From the NCBI RefSeq assembly GCF_009914755.1, contig NC_060932.1: 64,000 nucleotides of DNA; one strand, written 5' to 3'. Positions 13,610 to 26,449 of the stretch are shown in pieces. The position numbers and the translations under genes are program-made. The notes beneath the pieces were generated by a model, which saw only the letters and a list, made by a program, of their open reading frames with translations, searched no databases and had not been told where the DNA came from. Each line of letters opens with the position of its first letter. The stretch's first letter is position 1. This DNA is from the human T2T-CHM13v2.0 reference genome, Homo sapiens.

Positions 13610-15300
13610 GAATACAAAATTACATCTAGATAGGAGCAATAAATTCTAGTGTTCTAAATCAATGTCAGATGACTATAGTTAACAATAAATATACTTACAA
13701 AAAGCTAGAAGGACGATACTGAACGGTCACAACAGAGAAATAATAAATGTTTGAGAAGATGGATATGCTGATTTTCCTAATCTGATCACTATATATTATA
13801 TGTATTAAAACATCACTACGTAACCGATGAATATGAATATATAATTATTATTCATCAAGTTAAAAATTAAATAAATAGTTATTTTTAAAATGTGAATGCT
13901 AACGATATTGGGGACACCAGGTATAGCACATCCTGTCACTAATGGATGACTTCACATGACTTCCTGACTTGGTAGACTGATGAAGCAAAATACTAGGTAG
14001 TGAATTATGTAGGCTGCTCCCTGGATATTAGATATTCTGTTCATCATGGGCTCAGCATGCATTAGTTATTTTCTCTCCTTTAAGTCATGTGCTTTTATGA
14101 CTCCCAGTAGTATCAGGAAACTGTATTTTCAATCCTTCACATCATGTTCTCTCTTTTCTTTCCAGGTCATTGCACATGTTTATCCCACTGTCTAGAATAC
14201 TTGTCCCTCCCTTTTATTCTTGTTTTCCTTCCAAATTACTTGGCCACATCAACTTACATGTCGGGTCTCAGCTTAAGTACATTTCCTCCACAAGGCCTTT
14301 CTGAATTCTCGGACAAAATTAAAGGCCTCTTCCCCATATGTTCCAATAGTTCTCTCTACTTCCCCTTTCATAATATTACCTCTCCTGTAATTAACTGTTT
14401 AATCCTCTGACTTTATCCTTTACATTGTAAATCCCATCAAATTCACTGTTGACATTTAGCAGCTGGAATATTTCTGGACATGTGGTTTTAAAGAATTGAC
14501 ACATAAACTCTCTTTGTTCTGTTTTGTTCACTGGAGATAATACACACCACTCAGTGTAAGATTATTTTAGTAATAGTGCTATGAGAAACAAGAAGCTGCA
14601 TACAATAGTATACACATATATGCATAGGTGCTACAAGAAAGGCAACCTGAATAGTTCCTTTTTTGATAGGTGATATGGGGTCACACCTGACAAAACTGTA
14701 AGGTCTAAACAACCCATTCCCACTCTCCAGCCCCTCCTTTTATCATTCTTTATCCCCAAACCACTGGCGACTCATATCCTTATCTTACTCTTCAACTAAG
14801 CATTTCCCTTTTGTTCAACATCTATCCCTCAAAAAAATCTGAGAGCTCTAGTACCACCATTTCCATACTTTAAAAAAATAAAGTGTTTATGTAGTACTAG
14901 CTCATTTGGTCACCTATATTTGAACCAATATAACCAGATTTTCAACATATGGATTTAAAAAATAATTTCTTAAGAAAATTAACTATCATAAAACTACATA
15001 AGATCGAAATCTGGATCGTGATGATAAAACTTTGTGATGACAACTACTTTAAACTGTATAAGTACTAGCTGACTTTGATTGCTTGTTATAAGCCAGATTC
15101 TCTTAAACACTATACATGGATTATCTCATTTAATCCCCTACATCAACTCTATGAGGTCTGTACTCTTGCTCTCCTCATTTTATTTTTTTATTTTAAATAA
15201 AATTATGAAACAATTTTAAAACTTCTGATTCAATGTTTAATAAAGTAAACATTATATTAAGGACTCACAAAATCAATAGCTCTTTGGGGTCCTTAAAACA

Positions 15301-16138
15301 TTTTTATTATTATATTATTATACTTTAAGTTTTAGGATACATGTACACAACGTGCAGGTTTGTTACATATGTATACATGTGCCATGTTGGTGTGCTGCAC
15401 CCATTAACTCGTCATTTAGCATTAGTTATATCTCCTAATGCCATCCCTCCCCCCTCCCCCCACCCCACAACATTCCCCGGTGTGTGATGTTCCCCTTCCT
15501 GTGTCCATGTGTTCTCATTGTTCAATTCCTACCTATGAGTGAGAACACACAGTGTTTGGTTTTTTATCCTTGCGATAGTTTGCTGAGAATGATGGTTTCC
15601 AGCTTCATCCATGTCCCTACAAAGAACATGAACTCATCATTTGTTATGGCTGCATAGTATGCCATGGTGTATATGTGCCACATTTTCTTAATCCAGTCTA
15701 TCATTGTTGGACATTTGGGTTGGTTCCAAGTCTTTGCTATTGTGAATAGTGCCGCAATAAACATACGTGTGCATGTGTCTTTATAGCAGCATGATTTATA
15801 ATCCTTCAGGTATGTACCCAGTAGTGGGATAGCTGGGTCAAATGGTATTTCTAGTTCTAGATCACTGAGGAATCACCACACCGAATTCCACAATGGTTGA
15901 ACTAGTTTACAGTCCCACCAACAGTGTAAAAGTGTTCCTATTTTTCCACATCCTCTCCAGCACCTGTTGTTTCTTGACTTTTTAATGACCGCCATTCTAA
16001 CTGGTGTGAGATGGCATCTCATTGTGGTTTTGATTTGCATTTCTCTGATGGCCAGTGATGATGAGCATTTTTTCATCCATTTTTTGGCTGCATAAATGTC
16101 TTCTTTTGAGAAGTGTCTGTTCATATCCTTTGCCCACT
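15301..16138 (-). mobile_element. L1PA3/4 3' fragment (long arm of fold-back insertion)
   Basis: ORF2 C-terminal peptides (15564-15764, 15873-16124) and 3'UTR. Confidence 0.93.
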
Positions 16139-16390
16139 ACACCGCATGTTCTCACTCATAGGTGGGAATTGAACACATGAGAACACATGGACACAGGAAG
16201 GGGAACATCACACACCGGGGAATGTTGTGGGGTGGGGGGAGGGGGAAGGGATGGCATTAGGAGATATAACTAATGCTAAATGATGAGTTAATGGGTGCAG
16301 CACACCAACATGGCACATGTATACATATGTAACAAACCCGCACGTTGTGTACACATACCCTAAAACTTAAAGTATAATAATAATAAAAAA
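16139..16390 (+). mobile_element. L1PA3/4 3' end (short inverted arm)
   Basis: acaccgcatgttctcactc...aaacttaaagtataataa; reverse complement of ~15301-15555. Confidence 0.93.
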
Positions 16391-17634
16391 TTGTATTAAG
16401 GACCCCAAAGAGCTATTGATTTTGTGAGTCCTTAATATAATGTTTACTTTATTAAACATTGAATCAGAAGTTTTAAAATTGTTTCATAATTTTATTTTAA
16501 AGATTAGAAAATTGAATTCAAGAATGAGTAAGGAACTTGGCTAAGATCACCCTGGCTAAGATCACCCTATTAGTAGAATGCAGATCTGGGACTCAAACCA
16601 AGGAGGTCTGACCCCACAGCTCATCTGATTACCTAGTGCTTCTCAATAATAAGAAAAGTCAAACTTTTACAACTACCACCTAACCAAATAAGTTTTATCA
16701 ATTTTGCAATGAATTCACCTGCTGGTAATTGGATGTCTTATAAAAATACAAATTTTTTATTTTCAACAAATATTTTTCTATAAGAAAATGTTTCAACCAC
16801 AAACATTTAATGACATGAGTTGGTGGCACTTTGTCTAGAGCTGCAACTTTCTCTTCTGTTTGAATTTATTAATATAAACATGATACTGCAAGTACTAAAA
16901 TTGAATCATCACTTGGTTCCTTATTTGTTTTTTTTCAAAAGTTTTACAGATGGTTTTTATTTAAGAGAGTACACTTCAATAGAGTACTGCAGCAACATTC
17001 ACTGTACTGTGAACATCTGAAAATGTTTTGTGAGTAATTTTAACCAACTCAAGATTTTCCACTTTTTTAACAGATGTAGTGAATAGTAAATTTAACCTGC
17101 GCATCATGCCAAATATTTTTTGCATTATGGAATAGAATTAACAGCTTTGAATACTAATGGTAAATTATGAGTCACATGAATAATGCATTAATATTAATTA
17201 TTCAGGCACAATTCATGTCTGATGACCATTTTGCTTGCCTTACACAGTGCCATGAAAGCCCTCAGCAGTCAGGTGAGATTACCCCCAGGAAGAGGGGTTC
17301 TATGTAGAGAAGAAGTCCAGTAGGAATCTTCAGAAACCTCCAACCACATGCCTTCTTAGAAAATCAGCATGCAGAAGCCTGCCACACAGAAGCCCTCCAT
17401 GGCCAACAGGTGTTTCTTAGCAAAGCAAACCCTTACCTACAGGAAATCAAACACAGGGAGGGACAAAGATTATAAGCAATTAGGAAAAAAGGGGCATTTG
17501 TCCTTCTTCCCTTCTTATCCTTGACACCAGACAATTTAGGTCTTAAAAAGAGAAGAGGAAGAAGTACCCCAGAATCAGACTCTTCACCCACTACAACACA
17601 CACACACATGCACATATACACCCTTTTCACCTGG

Positions 17635-19898
17635 TGTCTTAGTCCATTTTCACACTGCTATGAAGAAATACCTGAGATTGGGTAATTTATAAAGAGAAAA
17701 TATTTAATTGACTTACAGTCCCGCCAGGCTGGGGAGGCCTCAGGAAACTTACAATCATGGCAGAAGGCACCTCTTCACAGGGCGACAGGAGAGAGAAGTG
17801 CCAAAGAAAGGGGGAAAAGCCCCTTATAAAACCATCAGATCTCATGAGAACTCACTATCATGAGAACGGCATAGAGGTTGGCCCCATTATTCAATTATTT
17901 CCCACCAGGTCCCTCCCACAACATGTGGGGATTATGGGAACTACAATTCAAGATGAGATTTGGGTGGGGACACAGCTAAACCCTATCATTCCACCTCTGG
18001 CCCCTCCCACATCTCATGTCCTCACATTTCAAAACATAATCGTGCCTTTCCAACAGTTCCCCCAAAGTCTTAGCTCATTCCAGCATTAACCCAAAAGTCC
18101 AAGTCCAAAGTCTAATCTGAGACAAGGCAAGTCCCTTCTGCCTATGAGCCTATAAAATGGAAAGACCATTAGTTACTTCCTAGATACAATGGGGGTAGAG
18201 GCATTTAGTAAATGCACCCATTCCAAATGGGAGAAATTGGCCAAAACAAAGGGGCTACAGGCCCCATACAAGCACAAAATCAAATAGGGCAGTCATTATG
18301 CCTTAGAGTTCCAAAGTGATTTCCTTTGACTCCATGTCTCACATACAGGTCATGCTGATGCAAGAAGTGGGCTCCCACTGCCTTGGGAATCTTCACCCCT
18401 GTGGCTTTGCAGGATACAGTCCCCCTTCTGGCTGCTTTCACGGGCTGGCACTGAGTGTCTGTGGCTTTTCCATGTGCACTGTGTAAGCTGTCAGTGGATC
18501 TACCATTCTGGAGTCCGGAGGACAGTGGCCCTCTTCTCACAGCTCCACTAGGCAGTACCTTAGTGGGGACTCTGTGTGAGGGTTCTGACCCCACATTTCC
18601 CATCCACACTGCCCTAGCAGAGGTTTTCCATGAGAGCTCCACCCCTACAGCAAACTTCTGCCTGGACATCCAGGCATTTCCATACATCCTCTGAAATCTA
18701 GGGGGAGGTTCCCAAACCTCGATTGTTGATTTCTGAGTACCCACCGGCTCAACGCTCTGTGGAAACCACCAAGATTTGGGACTTGCACCCTCTGAAGCAA
18801 TGGCCCAAGCTGTACCTTGGCCCCTTTTAACCATGGCTGGAGCTGAAGCAGCTGGGACACAGGGAACCATGTCCTGAGGCTGCACAGAGCAGGGGGACCC
18901 TGGGCCCAGCCAGGAAAACCATTTTTTCCTCCTAGGCCTCCAGGCCTGTGATGGGAGAGGCTGCCATGAAGGTCTCTGACATGCCCTGAAGACATTTTCT
19001 CTATTGTCTTGGTGATTAACATTCAGCTCCTTGTTACTTATGAAAATTTTTGCAGCCAGCTTGAATTTCTCCCCAGAAAAGGGGCTTTTCTTTTCTATCA
19101 CATCATTAGGATGCAAATTTTCCAAACTCTTTTGCTCTGCTTCTTCTTGAAAGCCTTGCCACTTAGATATTTCTTCCACCAGATACCCTAAATCATCTCT
19201 CTCAAGTTCAAAGTTCCACAGATCTCTAGGGCAGGGGCAAAATGTCCCCAGTCTCTCCACTAAAGCATAGCAAGAGTCATCTTTGCTCCAGTTCCCAATA
19301 AATTTCTTATCTCCATCTGAGACCATCTCATCCTGGACTTCATTGTCCATATCACTATCAGCATTTTGGTCAAAGCCATTCAACAAGTCTCTAGGAAGTT
19401 CCAAACTTTCCCACATGTTCCTATCTTCTTCTGAGCCCTCCAAACTGTTCCAACCTCTGCCTGTTACCCAATTCCAAAGTTGCTTTCACATTTTTGGGTA
19501 TCCTTATAGCAGCACCCCACTCCTAATACCACTTTTTTGTATTATTCTGTTCTCACACTGCTATGAGAAAATACCCGAGACTGGGTAATTTATAAAGAAA
19601 AGAGGTTTAACTGACTCACAGTTCCACACGGCTGGGGAAGCCTCAGGAAACTTACAATCATGGCAGAAGGCGCCTCTTCACAGGGCGGCAGGAGAGAGAA
19701 GCCCCAAGCAAAGAGAAGAAAGCCCCTTATAAAACCACCAGATCTCATGAGAACTCACTCACTATTATGAGAACAGCATGGAGGTAACCAGCCCCGTGAT
19801 TCAATTACCTCTCACCAGGTCCCTCCCACGACAGGTGCACATTATGGAAACTACAATTCAAGATGAGATTTGGGCAAGGACACAGCCAATGCATATCA
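17635..19898 (-). mobile_element. Complete THE1 (C/D-like) MaLR element, LTR-int-LTR
   Basis: LTRs at 17635-17988 and 19538-19898, THE1-int between them; 5-bp TSD cctgg/catgg. Confidence 0.95.
18280..19416 (-). pseudogene. THE1-int ORF, open for 378 codons from first in-frame ATG
   Basis: MWESLELPRDLLNGFDQNADSDMDNEVQ...CPCPRDLWNFELERDDLGYL is typical THE1-int translation; upstream ATG at 19489-19491 is followed directly by TGA. Confidence 0.8.
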
Positions 19899-20099
19899 CA
19901 TGGATATCATCTGATCATCTTTCATGACTCATCTCAGCTCTCTCATTATTCTCTAGGAAACTACCTTTTCCAAGTTCCAATTCCACTCCCCACCTGCCTC
20001 CTACCCCCCTAACAACTCCGTTCCTAAACTCTCTTTTAGATGTCCTTTTACAGTTTTTACCCATCCTACCTCTATTATACCACTCAGCAGCCCCTGCCA

Positions 20100-21780
20100 C
20101 ACTAAATTCTGTCCATTTATCTTACCTGTCTTTCCTTTAAACTATAATCTTTTTTTGAAAACAGAGGCTGTATTTTTTTTCTCATCTTTGTATCTCTAGT
20201 GCCTAATGCAGTGTCTGGAATTTAGAAGGTGCCTAAATATTTGTTGAATGAATGAATAATGACTGTTAAGTCAAGGGTAGTTTAAGACACTTTTTATACT
20301 GATATTTATCATACTCTACATAACCATCACGGTGACTTCCCAGAATTTCCTCCCAGAGTCTCTTCTGTTTTCATTCACTCTGTAAGTAACCTAATCCACC
20401 ATTCCCCTGGCTTCAGTAGTCACATGTATGACTCTGACTGTGGATAACTTCCAAATGTATATCACTTTCTTTCATCCAAACTCCAGATGCACATTTCCAA
20501 CTGCTACTGAACATTGTCATTTGGATTCTTATTCTAAAACCACTCATTTCCTTCCCCCTCATGTTTTCTCTTTCTCCAGCTCTAGTTGACAAAATCATCA
20601 TCTGTGCTTTCATGTTAGAGACCTTGGAATCTTTCTTGATGCCTTCCACTCCAGCACCACCCTTAACCAGACACCTAATCCTGTCAGTTTTTCCTTTTAT
20701 ATCTTTCTAATTTTCTTCATCTCAGCCACTGTGGTCTGAATGTTTGTGTCTTCCAAAATTCATATGTTGAAATCCTAACCCCCAAGGTGCTGGTATTAGG
20801 AGGTGGGGCCTTTGAGAGGCAATTAATTCATGATGTAAGAGCCCTATGAATGGGATTGGTGCCTTTATAAAAGAGGCCTAGGGGAGCTTGTTTGCCTCTT
20901 CCACCATGTGAGAACACAGCTAGAAGGTGCCATCTATGAGGAACAGACCTTTACTAGACATCAAATCTTCCAGTGCCTTGATCTTAGACTTTCCAGCCTC
21001 CTGAGCTATAAGAAATAAATTTATCTTGTTTATAAGCTACGTAGACAATGATATTTTGTTATAGCAGCCCAAACAGACTAAGAAAACATTAATCTTTCAT
21101 TTCTGATGCTTGATCTCTTGCATGGGCTATTCTGAAAGCTTCTTAGATATTGTCCTTAATGCTAATCAAACAACTTTATAGTCTCTTTTCATCATAGTGA
21201 TACCTTCCTATTTGAGTGTCATGCTGGCATTGTGGATATAATAGTGAGTTAGACAGACTCCTTGCTTCCATGTAGCTAAAATAAGGGCTAACCTCTTTAG
21301 AGTCATGCACAGGGCCCCATATGGTCATATGCTAATCATTCTTCTAAAACTATCTCTCTTCATTATTCAGCTCACATTTTCTGCTAACATATTTCTGCTC
21401 ACACACTCACTGAAGTATTTTATTTCTTTATAAAACTGTGTGTCTCAAAATCCCTCTGCCTGGGATTCTCACTTATATCCATACATTTTTACCACCTGAT
21501 CAATGTCTACATATTCTTCATGACACAATGTAAATGTCATCTCCCAATGAAGCTTCTTTTGAAGTTAATCTTTCTTTTTCCATGTTTTCATAGAATTCTG
21601 GACCTGCTTCTAAGTACTGGTTACACTATGCTGCAATTGTGAATATATGCAAGTCTGTTTTAGCCCTTTTGACACTGAGCTCTTCCAGGGGAGACTCAAT
21701 TATCCTTATATCTGTGCAGAATCTAGCACACTCTTTGTTACACAGTAGATAGTCAATACTTATAAATAGTGATGAATGAA
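20100..21780 (+). mobile_element. L2 fragments (with MLT1A0 insertion)
   Basis: L2 3'-end motifs tgtatctctagtgcctaatgcagtgtctgg...tgttgaatgaatgaa and ctagcaca...gtagatagtcaata...atgaatgaa. Confidence 0.65.
20727..21085 (+). mobile_element. MLT1A0-type solo LTR
   Basis: gtggtctgaatgtttgtgtc...aaatcctaacccccaagg...tagcagcccaaacagactaaga. Confidence 0.88.
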
Positions 21781-22861
21781 TCAACAGAAGAGCAAAAGCA
21801 AATATTCATTCTGTCTTTCTTATTCCTGATTCAGAAGTAAAAAGCAGAAGGTTTAAACAATGGGTCTTTCATTCTTTAGCTTGTAATTTGTGTCTTTTTT
21901 TTTAAGATAAAGTTAATGGCACAACTAAATTTTAAGGATGTGTTCAATGTTTTAATAAAGTCTTATTTTATCCATTGCAATAATAAATGTGTCCATTTCT
22001 TTGCGTAATATACCATAAAACAATAAATTGCAGATGGAAGACTAAAAGTGTCTTTCAAAATGATAAATGCCCCTAGTGAAATGAAATATGTGCTGGCTTT
22101 TCTTAATCCTACTCAGCCCAAGCAAGCTGCAAGCACTGGACATGACATTTTTCCTCTCTGAGACTCAGATATATCATCTGTAAACTGAGCAGGATGGACT
22201 CTGGCTCCTTCCACTCTAATAATCAATAACACTAAAATACTTCAAAGAATCACCAGAAATGCCACCAATGCATAAAAATGAATACAAAGCTACAGACAGG
22301 AAAAACCCACTACAGGGCATCCTTGACTAAAGCAAACATGACTACACATAGCAAGAAGACTGCAGTAAGTTAATTTGAATTATGCCAAGGGATTCTGGCT
22401 GAAATTCCAACAAATAAATGCAACTGTTCTAAGTGTGCGTGCACAGGAGAAAGACACAGAATGAGATTGCTGAAGCTTTAAAACGTCTGAAGGAATGTGA
22501 ATCTCACAGGACTCAATCAAATGACACAGAGAGGCAAAGTATTTAAAGACTTAGAGACAAGGATTTAAAAGCACCTGACTATATCATAACCTTTTTCTAT
22601 CCCCTTCTGAATTGAGAAAGTGGATACTTATAAAATATTCTGATTGCATATAGTTTCAAAGACTTGCTTTGCAAAGTAATAGCCCTGGTTTTTTGTTTTC
22701 TTTTAGCCAAAGCCTGTTTTGTTTTTCTTCATTAATATATATGAAGGTGAATGGGAAAAAGAAGAATATCAGAAGGAGGGTTCATCCTATTAAGCTACAT
22801 AGATTTGCCAATCTCAAGAATTAGTTACACATCTAAATATTTCTGGGTCAAATGTTCTAAC

Positions 22862-22997
22862 CTGCAGACTTGCATCAGTTTGTTCACTTGAGTTTCCCCC
22901 CTTCGTCTCCCACATGTCATGCTCTGTTCCCCTAACAGCTGCTCTGTTTTGCCACTCTGTTGGTTTCTAAGCTGCTCTGCCTGTGACTGGCTGTGAT
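22862..22997 (-). CDS. Candidate 136-nt exon containing a start codon
   Basis: Acceptor ttcttcatcttctcag|, donor cag|gttaga; ATG at 22915 gives MWETKGGNSSEQTDASLQ ending in phase 0; a second ATG at 22920 is in another frame. Confidence 0.4.
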
Positions 22998-24046
22998 CTG
23001 AGAAGATGAAGAATAGATGGAAGATGAAGGGAGCACCAGGGCAAAGCAAACCAGCTGCCAGAGGAAGATGTGTCACTGCACAGTGTGTAAAAACAGACAC
23101 TAGAGACAGAAAACTTTTGAATGTCTGCTGGAACAAAGATTGTAGAAGGTGGAAAACAGGAATTAGCACCAAATCTCTAAAACCACTGTCACAAATTCTA
23201 TGTTCTGATCAACCTTTGAAAAAGGCAATTCCATTCCAATTTAATCAGAGGGAAATGATTACTTAAAAGCATCAAGTGTGACAATGATGCTTTTCCAGAA
23301 AGATTTTCTGTCTTTTAACAGAAAATGTTAATGTCTTCAAGAAAATAAATAAAATTAAATCAATAAATTACATTAAATCAGAAACAAAAACAGTTTGTAA
23401 ATAATATGCATTATAATTGGTTAAAAGAGCTTTAAAAAGTATTTGGCCACCTCTGATTCTATGGAATTGATATGCAAGAGAAATTCCTATCTTTGAAAGT
23501 CATAATAATATACAGTAAAATGAAAATAGCTGATTGAGATTATAAGGAAGTTATTCATATCAAATATTTTCAGAGCAGGTGAGAAAATAATCTTTGATAC
23601 TACAAGTAAAGTTGAAAACAAACAGGATGGGTTTTTAAAACAAATCTTAGTAACACAGACTCCAAAAGTGAATTCCAGATATTTTTGAGATATGCAACAT
23701 GATTCTTTTTAAGGTCTTCAGAGACCACCTTTCCCAAAACAAATGTCAACTTTCTGAATGCAACTGAAAAATGTTTCAAGCAACAGAAGATAATATGCAT
23801 ATTTTCAATTCATCTTCCCCTGGTCTTTTCTAACTTCACATGGTAAGGAAACCTTATTTTCTACGCACACCTACTATAAAGTATGCATAAATGAGCCAGG
23901 GTGTCCTCAGGGTCCCTAAAAGACAATCCTGCTTTTCTTCTTTCCTTCAAACTTCAGCCTAATTTTTGGCTCAGTTCATAGAAAGCCTCATTCTATTATT
24001 TCTCTACTGGCATACCCTAGTATTCAACTAAAGATTAGAATCTTAC

Positions 24047-24220
24047 CTGGAGCTCTCTCCCGCTTCCCTACAGTCCTGAGGGCGGGATCCTGCTCCCATT
24101 GCCATGAAGGAATAACGAACGGTCCTGCCAGACTTCACACAAGTACGAGGCTCCAAAACCTTACCCTGCCAAACCACACCACTCAAGGCCTCCTACCCAG
24201 TGAGCTCCCTGATTGCACTG
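24047..24220 (-). promoter_or_regulatory. Candidate promoter / first exon of the minus-strand transcript
   Basis: Consensus donor cag|gtaaga at 24047/24046, GC box gggcggg 24080-24086, ETS-like ggaagcg, X-box-like ttgccatg near 24099, several CpGs in an otherwise CpG-poor unique region. Confidence 0.4.
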
Positions 24221-24589
24221 GCAGTTTGAGCCACACTGGCCTCTAACTTATTCGTTTATACATTTATAGTCAAGTCAGTTTCTGAGACTTATCCAGTCCT
24301 AGGTCAGTTCCCACCCCCTTGGCCCTGAAATGCTTCCTCCTATCCAACAATAACTTCAATATGAGAAACATGCATTTTAATTAAAAATTAAATTTATGCT
24401 CTCAATGGCCCATCTGCTAATTATCTTTCTTCTGTTCCATTATCTCAACTCTCTTCCCCGAACAAGAACCTCAAAAAACGCATAAACACATTTTCAGGTT
24501 ATGATTCTGTAGAAGGGGGAAGCATTCTAAATCTTGATCCAAATTTTCTTGAGATAATTGCGACAGTGAGTTAACTGACTACTTGAGGA

Positions 24590-25219
24590 GCCACTCCAGG
24601 ATACCCCACCTGTGTGGTCCATAGATGTAACAGCTGGGCCAGGTCAGCCTACTGACAATCCACTATTGCAGCTGGCCTTAGGCTGCAGTGAGCCTCTCTC
24701 TCAAAACTGCTGGTTGTTTCCAACCATTTCCTGGAGTGAGTCCCAATGCCATGTCCAAGCATAAACTAACATGACACCCAGAAACTCTGGCTTTCCCCAC
24801 CACTTCCAGGTTCCAATGAAGCAACTCCCCATGAGGCATGCAATCTGACTTCAACAGCTGCTCAGAGGAGTTTGGTCTGGTTAAGGCCCTGGAGGAAAAA
24901 TATTAGCCAAGGAGGAACAGGAGATTACAAGAAGTTGTCAGATAAATTATTTTGCCTGCCTCCCCTCTAATCCAAAGGGTTAGACAATGATTTCAGGTGA
25001 CCACTCCAGAAATGTCCTATGTGACCAAGCAATCAGCTGTGTCACCTATAAGAATGTAACCAGCTGAGTAGCACACTACCTGGTATTTGCTCTTCTTCCT
25101 CCACGGCCAAATTTACTTTATTCTTGCTGCCCCAGGATTGAAGTCCTCAATAAAACAATAGCATGTAAACTTTGCCTCAGAATCCTTTCTTTTTTTTGTA
25201 GGAAACTTGGGCTAAGACA
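24590..25219 (+). mobile_element. Old ERVL-type LTR (LTR16/LTR33-like)
   Basis: ctcaataaaac...ttgcctcag...ggaaacttgggctaagaca terminus; left boundary uncertain. Confidence 0.5.
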
Positions 25220-26449
25220 TAGATTAATGAATAATATGACTCCTGCCTCTCCTCCAGGGAAGAGGAGACATACACAGGCTGGAGAGATCCTATTCTTTTT
25301 AGCTTGTAATCAGAAATGTATCTGGTAAGAATGTCAATTCATTATTATCACTGACCACTCTGCTGCCCTTCCCTCATCTGCTTCTCTCATCTCCCCTCTT
25401 GCTTCCCTCCCTTTTTTCCTCTCTCCCTCTCCCCTATCTGCTCTTCTCTTCCTGCCTCTCTCTCAGCAACCCAAGAAAAGATTTCCTACAGTCAGATAAG
25501 AGGTGGTAAGAGAAAACTTTTTTTAATTTAGCCAATGCATGTGAATGATTAGAGAGAAGAGCTAAATAGATAATAAAATGCAATAAAAACAATTTCACAG
25601 ACACCTAAAGACACCTAATATTTCACAGAGTAATAATATATTCCAAAATAAATAAATGTTCTAATAAAGAAAATTAAAATGTTACATTCCAGGTGATTTT
25701 CAATGCAATTCATGTTAATATGCCCATTAGTCTCAAAAGTGTGAAGAGCACAACTTTGAGAAAATTGTTCTCAAATTTTTCTAATTATGCATGACATCTA
25801 CCCTAATTTTGACACTTAGTTTTAAAGCACAATGTGTTCTTGTGAAGAAGATAAGGAAATAGACCATGACCTTCCTAAGAAATGTACATTTATACTTTTA
25901 ATTCTAGTTGATTCTTTACCCAGAGATTCCAACTTGCCTTTATCTCCCAATTCAATACTCACCATGGGCTTAGAAATCCCATTGATTAATACAAAGAGTA
26001 AACCTGGCTTCACTTTGGTAAGTTTACAGCTTGGTAAATTTAGCCTCTTGGCTTTAAAATAACCACCAAGTAGAAAATTGTAGCAGCACTATCAGTGCAA
26101 CAGAAGTAAGCTGATAAATTACAAATGGAAGAGGAGAAGAATTAATCGGCATTGGACATGAAAGGGGATTTTTCGTTCCTAAACATTTGTGCTGTAATCT
26201 CCTCTAAACTTTAATTAAACTCTCTAAAAGTTTATAATCATAAGATACATTTATTTTAAATTTACCACATGCCAGAAAGATTTACTCAAGCTGTCAGTTT
26301 TTTTCACTTAAGCATTTAATTCTGAAGTGACTGATTACAATCATCGTGCCTCTGATGAGGTAAAGTGTTTTAAAGCTGACTCTTGGTAAATTTCTCCTAT
26401 AAAAAGAAACAGACTTTTCTACTGCAGGTGTAAGTGTCAACTGATGCAA

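Larger units (their letters stand above)
15065..16632 (-). mobile_element. MIR split by the fold-back L1 insertion (MIR parts ~15065-15182 and ~16501-16632)
   Basis: tatctcatttaatcc...ctcatttta | agattagaaaattga...aacttggctaagatcac...ggactcaaacc follows MIR core order. Confidence 0.75.

Noticed and set aside
16536-16569. Short tandem duplication tggctaagatcaccc x2 (similar 21-bp duplication at 40819-40860)
   Set aside because: Common slippage events within dead repeats
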